A DNA stretch of 64,000 nt from Torpedo marmorata (taxonomy: Eukaryota): the NCBI GenBank assembly GCA_977017645.1, contig OZ360222.1, positions 182,900,001 to 182,964,000 of the forward strand. The letters run 5' to 3'. Numbering within the stretch: the stretch's first letter is position 1; the number at the start of each line of letters is the position of its first letter. The notes beneath the pieces are model-generated. The model did no database searches. It was not told the origin of the DNA and was given only the letters and a program-made list of their open reading frames with translations. Positions 24,431 through 35,087 of this stretch are shown here, one piece after another. Position numbers and translations under genes: made by a program.

Positions 24431-25460
24431 AAGATCGGTTAAACACGACCTACCACGCACAAAACCATCTTGACTAGCCCTAATCAGTCCATGGCTATCC
24501 AAAATAATTGTATATCTGATCTCTTAGAACACCTTCCAATAATTTACCTACTACTGATGTCAGGCTCACCGGCCTATAATTTCCAGGGTTACCTTTGGAG
24601 CCTTTTTTAAACAATGGAACAACGTGAGCTACCCTCCAATCCTCTGGCACCACACCCGTGGCTAAGGGCATTTTAAATATTTCTGCCAGAGCCCCTGCAA
24701 TTTCTACACTAGCCTCCCTCAAGGTCCGAGGGAATATCTTGTCAGGTCCTGGGGATTTATCCACCCTTATTTGCTTTAAGAGAGCAAGCGCTTCCACCTC
24801 TTTAATCTGTATAGGTTCCATGACCTCACTGCTTGTTTTCCTTACTTCCCATGACTCTGTGCCCTTTTCCTGAGTGAATACATATGAAAAAAAAAACATT
24901 TAAGATCTCTCCCATCTCTTTTAGCTCCATACAAAGTCGACCACTCTGATCTTCAAGGGGACAAATTTTGTCCCTTACTATCCTTTTGCTCTTAATATAC
25001 CTGTAGAAACCCTTAGGATTTTCCTTCACATTGTCTGCCAAAGCAACCTCATGTCTTCCTTTAGCCTTCCTGATTTCTTTCTTGAGGTTTTTCTTGCATT
25101 TTTTATACTCCTCAAGTGCCTCATTTGCTCCATGTTGCCTGTACCTCTTATACACCTCTCTCTTCTTCCGAACCAGATCCCTAATATCCCTTGAAAACCA
25201 AGGTTCCCTATGCCTTCTAACCTTGCCTTTGATCCTGACAGGAACATACAAACTCTGTACTCTCAAAATTTCACCTTTGAAGGTCCTCCACTTACCTCGC
25301 ACATCCTTGCCTGAAAACAATTTATCCCAATCCACGCATTCTAGATCCTTTCTCATTTCCTCAAAATTAGCCTTTCTCCAATTTAGAATCTCAACCCGAG
25401 GCCCAGACCAATCCTTCCCCATAATTAACTTGAACCTATTGGCATTATGATCACTGGACC

Positions 25461-25577
25461 ATTTTCTCATACTTTGATGAAGGGCTCAAGCCCGAAACGT
25501 CAGTTAGGTATTTCTAACTTTGCTACATAAAATACACTGTTTGACCTGCTGAGTTTCTCCAGCATTTGTGTTTTTTA
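25461..25577 (+). mobile_element. Short Penelope 3'-tail insertion carrying a minimal hammerhead motif
   Basis: TTGATGA-AGGGC-TCAA-GCCC-GAAACGTC at 25474-25501; tail matches 56860-56965. Confidence 0.8.
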
Positions 25578-27315
25578 CCCAAAATGTTCCCCTACACATA
25601 CTTCTGTCAACTGTTCTGTCTCGTTCCCTAATAGGAGAACCAGTATTGCACTCTCTCTAGTTAGTACCTCTATATATTGATTTAGAAAACTTTCCTGAAC
25701 ACATTTGACAAACTCCAAGCCATCAGCCCTTTTACAGTATGGGAGTCCCAGTCAATATGTGGAAAATTAAAATCTCCTACTATCACAACTTTATGTTTCC
25801 TGCAGCTGTCTGCTATCTCTCTACAGATTTGCTCCTCCAATTCTCGCTGACTATTGGGCTGTCTATAATACAACCCCATGAGTGTGGTCATACCTTTCCC
25901 GTTTCTCAGCTCCACCCATATAGCCTCAGTAGACGAGCCCTCTCATCTGTCCTGCCTGCGCACAGCTGTGATATTTTCCCTGACAAGCAATGTCACTCCT
26001 CCCCATTCCACCCCCCCCCCCCCACCCCACCCCGTTCTATCGCGACTAAACCAACGGAAGCCCGGAACATTGAGCGGCCAGTCCTGCCTCTCCTGCAACC
26101 AAGTTTCACTACTGGCCACAATGTCATAATTTCACGTGCCAATCCACGCTCTAAACTCGTCTGCCTTTCCTACAATACTCTTTGCATTGAAATAGATGCA
26201 CGTGAGAACATTTCCACCACGTTCAACCCGTTGACTTCTAACGGTGCATGCAATTTTAACATCATCTTTTTCCTCCTTCACTCCTCTATCTGCTCTGTCA
26301 CTCTGGTTCCCCTCCCCCTGAAAATCTAGTTTAAACCCACTGGAGCAGCACCAGCAAACCTTCCCGCAAGGATATTAGTCCCCTTCCAGTTCAAATGCAA
26401 ACCGTCCCTTTGGAACAGATCCCGCTTTCCCTGGAAGGGAGCCCAATGATCCAGAAACCTGAAGTCTTCCCTCCTACATCATGTCTTTAGCCATGTGTTA
26501 AGCTGCATTATCCTCCTATTTCTAACCTCACTAGCTTGTGGCACAGGTAGAAATCCTGAGATCATTACCCTGGAGGTCCTGTCCTTCAACCTAGTGCCTA
26601 ACTCCCTGAACTCTCCTTGCAGGACCTCCTCACCCTATCTACGCACGTCATTGGTCCCTACATGGACCATGACATCTGGTTGCTAACCCTCCCTCCTGAG
26701 AATGCCATGAACTCGATCTGAGATATCTCGGATCCTGGCACCAGGGAGGCAACATACCATCCGGGATACTCGATCTCTTCCACAGAATCTCTTATCTGTC
26801 CCCCTAACAATAGAATCCCCTATAACTACAGCTTGCCTCTTCTCCTCCCTTCCCTTCTTAGCCACAGGACCAGACTTCATGCCAGAGACCTGATCTCTGT
26901 GGCTTGCCCCTGGTAGGTCCCCCCCCCACCAACAGTATCCAAAATGGTATACTAGTTATTGATGGGGACGGCCACAGGGGTGCCCTGCACTGCCTGCCTG
27001 TTCCCTTTCCCTCTCCTGACTGTTACCCATCTACCCTCCTCCTGCCTCCTAGGTGTAATAGTGTCCCTGTAACTCCTGTCCATCACCCCCTCTGCCTCCC
27101 GAATGATCCAGAGTTCATCCAACTCCAGCTCCAATTCCTTACCTCGGCTTGTCAGCAGCTGCAGCTGGATGCACCTCTCACAGATGAAGTCGTCAGGGAT
27201 ACTGCTGGTTTCCCTGATGACCCACATTTTGCAAAAGGAGCATTCCCCTGCCTTGGCTGCCATTCCCATTGTTTATGACTAGATGAACAAAATATATGAT
27301 ATCTAAAAAACCTGC

Positions 27316-27946
27316 TATAAGTAACGGTGACTTCGCTCCACCAATAGTCACCTGGAGGCTAAGTGTGGTCCTTGCTTTTGACGCGTTTTAATTAATTTAC
27401 TAACAAAGTCCAATATGTTCAAAACCTTTATTTTCACACATGACTTGCAGTAATCTTCAATGACTTTAATATAAACAGTTCTTGTAAACGATGTATGATG
27501 AGTTCCTTTAAATTATTCCTTAAACAATTCCAAAACGATATGAAACACTGTAGATGATGTTAAAGTTATAAAAACATTATAACTCGATATAAAACGGTCA
27601 ATAAAGATGTGGAGACCAGACTCACCCTCCTACATCTCTATCCTTTCTTTGTTCTCTCTCTCCAATGGCTCTGCGCATCCTACCCCGCGCATACTACAAC
27701 TCCCAGCCTCCCACGCGCACAATGACGTCACTCCATACTGCGCATGCGCCCGTCGGCACTCCCGCGCATGCGCATATCAAAGAACGGGCCGACGACGGCC
27801 CACAGAACAACGCAAGCGCTCCAAGGCCCGACGTGGCCTCGGAGCGCTCCGAGGACGGCCTGGTGAACAACGCGAGCGCTCCAAGGCCCGACTAGACATC
27901 GGAGCGCCGCAACAACGGTAAGTTAAACGAGCCTACGGCTCTTACA
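27316..27946 (-). mobile_element. Solo LTR (possibly BEL/Pao) with 5-bp TSD
   Basis: TSD CCTGC (27311-15, 27947-51); minus strand TGTAAGAGCC...TATA; homologous to 52114-52832. Confidence 0.8.
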
Positions 27947-28299
27947 CCTGCCCTTCCCTGTGCCTACCTGCTGAATCCTTTTTGTTCCTCGAATAGGGTG
28001 GCTCTTTCTAACTTCAACTCCGACTATTCCTCACCTCTTACCTGTTCTCGCCGAAGCCTGTTGAGCCAAAGCCTTACCACTCTGATTCAGCCCACTCTGA
28101 CAATGACCGCTCCGCTACACAGTCCCTCACTTTTATAGGGATACTCAGCTTCCTCCTCCAATCAGCTTCTTGCTGCTGCCTCGCCCCTTTTTAAATTCTA
28201 ACTGCTGCCACTCCTCAGGTTACCTGACCTCTCTTGCTCCAATCAGCTTCTTGCTCCAATCAACTTCTTGCTCCAATCAGTTTCTTGCTCCAATCAGTT

Positions 28300-28925
28300 T
28301 CTTCCTCCTCTAAACTTTTCTCCCTTCACTTTGTACAGATGTTCTCTGATGTTTGCTATTCCCTCCCTGGGAAAATGGCACTGGCTGTCTACCTTATCTA
28401 TGCCTCTCATAATCTTGTAGACCTCTAATAAGTCACCTCTCATCCTTCTTCGCTCCAGAGAGAAATGTCCTAGCTCTGCTAACTTTGCCTCTATAATGAG
28501 GTGACCAGAAATGAACACAATATTCCAAGTGTGGCTTCACCAGAGATTTGTAGAGTTGCAACATGTCCTCTCGACTCCTGAACTCAATCCCCTGACTTAT
28601 GAAGTCCAGCATCCCATAAACCTTCTTAGCTCTCCTGTCAACCTGCACAGCAACCTTCGGAGATGTATGAATTTGGACCCCAAGTTCCTTCTTTCTTCCA
28701 CACTGTTAAGCATCTGACCATTAACCCTGTCCTCAGCCTTCAGGTTTGACCATCCAAACTGCATCACCTCACACTTATTCGGATTGAACTCCATCTGCCA
28801 CTTTTCTGCCTAGCTCTGCATTCTCTCTATATCCTTTTGTAACCTACGACAACCCTCAACACTATCCACAACTCCTCCAACCTTCATATCATCTGCAAAC
28901 CTACTGACCCATTCTTCCACTTTTA
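28300..28925 (-). mobile_element. CR1 RT/C-terminal remnant
   Basis: MEFNPNKCEVMQFG; LYKSLVKPHLEYCVHFWSPHY. Confidence 0.88.
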
Positions 28926-28979
28926 TGTACATTATTCGCATGAAGCTTACTCTGTCTTTAACTGAAGAGGTTGCAAAAG

Positions 28980-29115
28980 AGTAAACAAGAAAGTCTGTAG
29001 ATGCTGGGTTCGAGTAGAATACACAAACGTGCTGGGGAAACTCAGCAGGTCACGCAGCATCCACAGGAAGTAAAGAGTAACCAACGTTTTGTGCCTGAGC
29101 CATTCATCAGGTATA
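28980..29115 (-). mobile_element. Penelope 3'-tail remnant with a decayed hammerhead motif
   Basis: Minus strand CCTGATGAATGGCTCAGGCACAAAACGTTGG...GACCTGCTGAGTTT. Confidence 0.7.
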
Positions 29116-29654
29116 AGATTGAAAAATAATTGGGTATTGTTTCCTCTGTCCTTTAAACAAACTCCTCTATTTGCTGTACAACAGACTGCTTGCTAAGTAA
29201 AATAGACCCAGCTCTAACTCCAACTTGTCAATAGGCATTCTAAAGTTTAAAGATCCTTACCTGAACTTACCCCCCCCCCCACCACCCCCCCCACCTCATT
29301 GGTTCTGAACCAACAAATTGTACTGAGTGCTTGGATTTTTAAGTAGATTTTGGTGAATGCCACAATGTGGTCATCTCCCTTACCTGTACTCTCTATTGCT
29401 GTGCATCTCCTTTACTGCTTACCGCATTCACACTCTCCGGAGAAAAGAAAATTCAGCACTTGCCAGGAAGCTGAAACTGTTAATTATCACACATTATGGA
29501 ACAAGACTTGCCAAGGACAAACGCATCATTCTGCTTCAGGTCTGCTTTGTCCTTCTGTTCTGAACGAGAAATGATATGAGAGATGTTCTTTCTTTAGAAT
29601 TGCATGAATGAATAAAAAATGATGGGAAGGCCACAGGAACATAACTAAAAGGGT

Positions 29655-30075
29655 TAGAACATAGAAAAGAACAGCACAGGAACAAGCCCTTCGGCCTATG
29701 TGTCTGTGCCAAAGATGATGTCCAAATCAAACTAAAAATCATCTGTTTATACTTGATAGATATCCCCCCAACCCCTTCATATCCATGCGTCTATCTGGAA
29801 ATGCAACTGCTATAGTAAAAAGACAGAAATGCTGAAGGAACTCGGAAGGTCTCAGAGCGTCCATAGGAGGTAAAGATAAATAACCAACGTTTCGGGCCAG
29901 AGCCTTTCTTCAAGGTATGAGTAAAAAGCAGACAGGCACCTGAATTAAAAGGTCTCCCCAGCCTTTTAATTCAGGCAGCTGCCTGCTTTTTACTCTATGC
30001 TACTATTGTGTCTATTTCCACCACTGCTCCTGCAGCCCGTTCCAGGAACCCACCACTCTCCATGTTGGACTATGA
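29655..30075 (-). mobile_element. CR1 3'-end remnant with a nested Penelope tail (29815-29995) ending in a foldback
   Basis: (ATAGAAC)-type CR1 terminus; Penelope tail; inverted repeat GAGTAAAAAGCA...CCTGAATTAAAAGG / CCTTTTAATTCAGG...TGCTTTTTACTC. Confidence 0.7.
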
Positions 30076-30089
30076 TGGAAAAATCACTG

Positions 30090-30748
30090 GAACACAATGG
30101 CCTGTACCTAAGGAGTTTAAAGCAAGTGGCTGCAGACAGAGTAGATCCATTGGCTGAAAATGTCCAAAACTCACTCAAACTCAAGGAAGTCCAAGAAGAT
30201 TGGCAAACAGCCAAGGTGAGTTCCTTGTTCAAAAGGGAGAAAGACAGTTCACATGGAACTAGGCAACAGTTTAACATCTATTGTTGGCCAAAAGCTAAAG
30301 TCAACAATCAAAGAAGAAATAACTACTGATTTAGCAAAGCTGAATATAATCAAACATGGTTTTAAGAAAAGCAAATCATGCTTGACAAATGTGCTCAAAT
30401 TCTTTGAGGGTTATGGCAGAGAAGGTTGATGGGGGGATCCTAAAGATGTAGCATATTTACTTTTCCATAAGGCTTTGTAAAAGTGCCACATAAGAGGCTG
30501 GTGCATAAATTAAGAACCCAAGGTATTGGAGGAAGTGTATTAGCATGGATTGAAAACCGGCCGTCACGTGGAAAACAAAGTGTTTGAATAAATGGATCCT
30601 TTTCAGGCTGGCGTGGTGTAACTAATGGAGTACCACAGAGGTCGGGGTTTGGCCCTCAATTATTTGCTGATTACATGAATGATTTAGAAGAAATGAAAGA
30701 TAAGGTTTCCAGGTTTGCTGATGACATAAAATAGATGGAAGGACATGT
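30090..30748 (+). mobile_element. Old CR1 RT remnant
   Basis: Decayed EDWQTA, HGF-KSCLTN, GVPQ and RFADD motifs. Confidence 0.8.
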
Positions 30749-30966
30749 AAAGGAAAAGGTTCCATTATTGTCACGTAATACTACATTTAGAATGTAACAT
30801 ACATGAAATTCTTTAATTTTTGTCTACCTTAAGGCAGACAGAGGATCGCTACTTTGTCCAGAAACCTGCAGAACCTGGTGTTCCTTGGCGGTCTCCCCTC
30901 CAAGTACTGACCAGTCCTGTGCCTGCTTAGCTTCCGAGATCAGACAATCCCAGTTATATTCAGGCT
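30749..30966 (-). mobile_element. 5S rRNA-derived head fused to a Rex1-type LINE tail (SINE3-like or chimeric retrocopy)
   Basis: 30862-30966 is the reverse complement of diverged 5S rRNA (GTCTGATCTCGGAAGCTAAGCAGG...AGTACTTGGA-GGGAGACCGCC). 30749-30861 resembles the LINE tail at 46727-46820. Confidence 0.8.
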
Positions 30967-31149
30967 ATGAGGACATTGTAATTCTTCTGCATGCCATTCA
31001 AAGTCCAGCAGAGTCACCACACTCAGGCAGCACCTTTACAAGAAAGAAGAAAGGAAAAACAACAAAAGTCCCTTCAGAGCCAATGTGTGGTTGTTGATCA
31101 CCCTGCCTCCACTGATGGAGTTGCCTCCACTGGCGATGGCAATGGGTGA

Positions 31150-32075
31150 GAAAAAAAAGTTCTTTTGCTGTAGACATCTCTCTCCTGTGGAACACAGATA
31201 CGAGTTTTCTTCCGAACCTAAAACTCTGATCATTTTTCATACCTCTATCATGTCACTCCTCAGCCTCCTTTGCTCCAGGGGGAAGGGTCCCAGCCAATCC
31301 AATCTCCCCTGGTAACTTGAGCCCTTCTGATCCAGGTGACATCCTTGAATATCTTTTCTGCATCCTCCGTAGCCCGACTGTATCCTTGGCGACCAGAACT
31401 GCACACAATGCTCCAATTGCAGCCGAACCAACAATTTGTACAACTGTAACATGATGTCCCAAATCTTAAACTCAATACCTTAGCTGCTGAAAGCAATCAT
31501 GCCTCTCACTTAGTCACAGAGGTTAGATTTATTGATTGGGTAACTTCTCTTGAATTTCACTGGAGTTTAGATGAACGAGGGATGATCTCATTGAAACATG
31601 AAAGATCTTACGGAGGTATGACTGGGAAGATGTTGAGATGTTTGCACGAGAATCACAGAGAGAAACAGCATGGAAACAGGCCATTTGAGCCTCTGATTCC
31701 ATGCTGACCATCAAACACCCACCTTTACACAAATCCTACCCTAACCCATTTTATTCTGTTTGCTGGTGGAGTGTTTAGAACAAAGAGACATTGATACAAG
31801 ATAAGGGGATGGTCATTTAAGCCTGAGATACTGAGGAATTTCTTCTTCCACAGGATGATGAATCTCTCAAATTCTTTACCCGGGAGGATTGTGGAGGTTA
31901 GATCATTAGAAATTTTTAAAGTTAATGCAGCTAATTTATTGAAAGGTCAAGAAACTAAGACCTTTGGGGAACTGGAACAGTCATTGAGGCCGAGGGCAGC
32001 TCAGCCGTGATCATATTGAATGGCAGGGCAGGCTAGAATGGCCTCCTGCTATCCCTATTTTCTTGTGTTCTTGTA
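31150..32075. mobile_element. Cluster of old CR1 fragments (31150-31500 minus; 31560-32075 mainly plus)
   Basis: MLQLYKLLVRLQLEHCVQFWSP; CR1-type 3' UTR ending ttcttgtgttcttg. Confidence 0.75.
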
Positions 32076-32198
32076 AAGTTGGATTCCTGACTACCTATTA
32101 GGAATGGTCCAGTCACTAATCATCTCTCCACTCAAGTAGAATGTCATCAGTTCACCTCTCACTGCGGAGTTGAAGAACCTATCTCGGCCACGCATTAT

Positions 32199-34302
32199 AG
32201 ACAATAGACAATAGACAATAGACAATAGGAGCTGGAGTAGGCCCTTCGGCCCGTCGAGCCAGCACCGCCATTTTACAGATCATGGCTGATCACTACTATC
32301 AGTACCCCTTACCAGCCTTATCCCCATAACCCTTAACTCCTCTGCCCACTAGAGTCTTATCTAACTCTCTTTTGAACATAATCAGCAAATCTGTCTCTAC
32401 CACCCTCTGTGGCAGAGCATTCCACAGATTCACACTTCTCTGGGTAAAAAAATTTTTCCTCATCTCCGTCCTAAAGGGCCTTCCCTGTATTCTTAAACTA
32501 TGCCCTCTAGTCCTCGTCTCTCCCATCATTGGGAACAAGTAATCTGACTTCACCCTGTCTATCCCCTTGATAATTTTGTATACCTCAATCATGTCCCCCC
32601 TCATCCTTCTAAACTCCATCGGATATAAGTCCAGTTTTTCTAACCTTTCAGCATATGTCAACCCTGCCATCCCTGGAACTAACCTTGTAAATCTGCGCTG
32701 CACACCCTCTATAGCTAGTATGTCCTTCCTCAAATTTGGAGACCAGAACTGGACGCAATACTCCAGGTGGGGTCTCACCAGGGCCCTGTACAACTGCAGA
32801 AGGGCGTCTCTGCTCCTATACTCCAATCCCCTCTTTATGAAAGCCAACATGCCATTTGCCTTCTTCACAGCTTTCTGAACCTGCATGTTAGCCTTCAGTG
32901 ACCGGTGAACAAGTACACCCAGATCCATTTGCACTTCCCCACTCCCTAGCTTGTCTCCATTTAAATAATACTCAGCTTTCCTATTACTGCCCCCAAAATG
33001 GATAACCTCACATTTGCTCACATTGAACTTCATCTTCCATTCTTCAGCCCACTCCCCCAACCTGTCCAAGTCCCTCTGCATTTTCCTGACATCCTCTTCA
33101 CACTTTACACCGCCACCCAGTTTAGTGTCATCTGCAAATTTGCTCATGTTATTAATAATCCCGTCATCCAAATCATTTACATAAATGACAAACAACTGAG
33201 GACCCAACACCGATCCCTGCGGCACTCCACTCGTCACATCCTGCCATCCTGAAAAAGACCCGCTTACCCCAACCCTTTGTTTCCTATTTCTTAACCAACT
33301 TCCTATCCATGTCAGCACCTTACCTTCAATACCATGCTCCCTGATCTTGCCCACTAGTCTCCCGTGTGGTACCTTATCAAAGGCCTTCTGGAAGTCCAAA
33401 TACACCACATCCACTGGCTCTCCCAAGTCCACCCTCTTTGTCACATCTTCGAAAAATTCCAGAAGGTTAGTCAAGCATGACTTACCCTTAAGGAATCCAT
33501 GCTGACTAGCCCTTATACTATTATTTCTGCCTAAGTGTTCTGCTATTACTCCTTTTATGATAGATTCCAATATCTTCCCCACCACTGACGTCAGGCTGAC
33601 CGGTCTATAATTTCCCGTTTTCTCCCTCCCTCCCTTCTTAAAAAGCGGCACCACATCAGCCACTCTCCAATCCACAGGGACCTCCCCCGAATCTATGGAG
33701 CTTTGGAAAATGTCGACCAGTGCCTCCACAATTTCCAGAGCAACCTCTTTAAGCACCCTGGGATGCAGCCCATCAGGCCCTGGGGATTTATCAGCCCTCA
33801 GTCCCAACAATTTACTCACAACCTCCTGCTTCTGGATCCGAATATCTATCAGATTCCCTACTTCCCCAGGAAAGTTCCCCAAGTCTCTTGATACTGCATG
33901 ACCACTACCCCCTAACTGACCATAACCTATATCCTCCTTGGTGAAGACAGATGCAAAGTACTTGTTAAATTCCTCAGCCATTTCCTTGTTTCCAGTAATA
34001 ATTCCACCCTTTTCCATTCTTAATGGCCCAATTTTAGACCGAACCAATTTCTTCCTCTTCACATATTTAAAAAAGCTTTTGCTATCCTCTATTATATTAC
34101 TTGCTAATTTCCTCTCGTACTTCATTTTCCCCTCTCGTATGACTTTCTTAGTTACCCTCTGATGTTCTTTGAAGGTTTCCCAATCCTCTAGCTTCCCACT
34201 CTGCTTCACTATCTTATACTTACTCCCTTTGGACTTGATAATGCCCTTGATTTCATTAGTTAGCCACGGCTGCCATTTGCATCTCCTAGAGCCTTTCCTC
34301 CA
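32199..34302 (-). mobile_element. Young 5'-truncated CR1 LINE with (CTATTGT)n tail
   Basis: Uninterrupted ORF; 7-bp microsatellite tail at 32197-32228; possible short TSD CATTAT (32193-98, 34303-08). Confidence 0.93.
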
Positions 34303-34374
34303 CATTATGGGATGGACAGGGGAAAAGATGCAGTATGACTGTTGCCAGAACTCATTGGCTTCACGTGAAAACAT
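32299..34374 (-). CDS. CR1 ORF2 fragment with intact RT domain, no endonuclease (first ~24 aa read from flank)
   Basis: 691-aa ORF: KSPGPDGLHP, NYRPVSLTS, QHGF, YLDFQKAFDKV, SGVPQGSVLGP, KFADDTKL. Confidence 0.85.
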   Translation of the reverse strand: MFSREANEFWQQSYCIFSPVHPIMWRKGSRRCKWQPWLTNEIKGIIKSKGSKYKIVKQSGKLEDWETFKEHQRVTKKVIREGKMKYERKLASNIIEDSKSFFKYVKRKKLVRSKIGPLRMEKGGIITGNKEMAEEFNKYFASVFTKEDIGYGQLGGSGHAVSRDLGNFPGEVGNLIDIRIQKQEVVSKLLGLRADKSPGPDGLHPRVLKEVALEIVEALVDIFQSSIDSGEVPVDWRVADVVPLFKKGGREKTGNYRPVSLTSVVGKILESIIKGVIAEHLGRNNSIRASQHGFLKGKSCLTNLLEFFEDVTKRVDLGEPVDVVYLDFQKAFDKVPHGRLVGKIREHGIEGKVLTWIGSWLRNRKQRVGVSGSFSGWQDVTSGVPQGSVLGPQLFVIYVNDLDDGIINNMSKFADDTKLGGGVKCEEDVRKMQRDLDRLGEWAEEWKMKFNVSKCEVIHFGGSNRKAEYYLNGDKLGSGEVQMDLGVLVHRSLKANMQVQKAVKKANGMLAFIKRGLEYRSRDALLQLYRALVRPHLEYCVQFWSPNLRKDILAIEGVQRRFTRLVPGMAGLTYAERLEKLDLYPMEFRRMRGDMIEVYKIIKGIDRVKSDYLFPMMGETRTRGHSLRIQGRPFRTEMRKNFFTQRSVNLWNALPQRVVETDLLIMFKRELDKTLVGRGVKGYGDKAGKGY

Positions 34375-34400
34375 TAGGAAGGAATGAACAAATAAATCCT

Positions 34401-34404
<4 letters not shown>

Positions 34405-34435
<31 letters not shown>

Positions 34436-34442
34436 CTCTCTC
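34405..34442. repeat. (TC)n microsatellite
   Basis: Directly visible. Confidence 0.95.
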
Positions 34443-35087
34443 ATTTAGATAAATATATTTTCATCCACTCACATTGAGGCATGACTGTTTTTGCCTCAAT
34501 AATTGAAGAAAATATATGACAAGCATTGACTCAATCCACTGAACATGTTCTCTCCATGCAGTAGAAGTCAATAATTCCATTTTATATTTTCTATCCACCT
34601 GTCTGATGTCGCCGAAATCCTGGGCAGCCATAGGTATAAAATGTGAAATTCTGTCGAGAGACAGCTGGTAATTTCACAACACGGTCGTGCAGTGAATCAA
34701 CACGCAATGGTCTGATTCCAAAAACTGCAAATGGCAATGAAATATGTCAGCTTGTACTGTATATTACTCAGTGTCAATAGCAGTTGTTTAAACCCCCTCA
34801 TCCTCTTGTGAATGAGTCATTCACAGTTGCATTGCTTGCTCTGAGTCATTAAACCTCTCACATCTTTGAGAGAACTTTGCTGATGCATCATCTCTGGCAG
34901 ACTATCTCATACTTTTTAACAAGTCACACCTGTAACAGCTGGACCATTTCCCCTTCCCTGACTATTGCTCAAGTACGAAGACAAAATATTGAAGCTAAAT
35001 GAAGAGGATGCATTATTATGAGACAAGTACATCATCCCAATGGACACCTCAAAGGACAAAGATTCACAAGATTGTAGAATTCCTTGC

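Larger units (their letters stand above)
22639..28300 (-). mobile_element. Near full-length CR1 LINE (5' UTR, ORF1 zinc finger + esterase, ORF2 APE-RT), 3' end deleted, three nested insertions
   Basis: ORF1 CSFCKMW...CERC and VVIGDSIVRG...VCCLPGARIRD (SGNH-like); ORF2 VIVGDFNFPHIDW, SDHN, KSPGPD, NYRPVSLTSV, VYMDFSKAF; 17-bp TTGCTCCAATCAGCTTC repeats at 28234-28300. Confidence 0.92.

Noticed and set aside
30862-30966. Functional 5S rRNA gene
   Set aside because: Many substitutions, 5' end lost, not in a tandem array, fused to a LINE tail.
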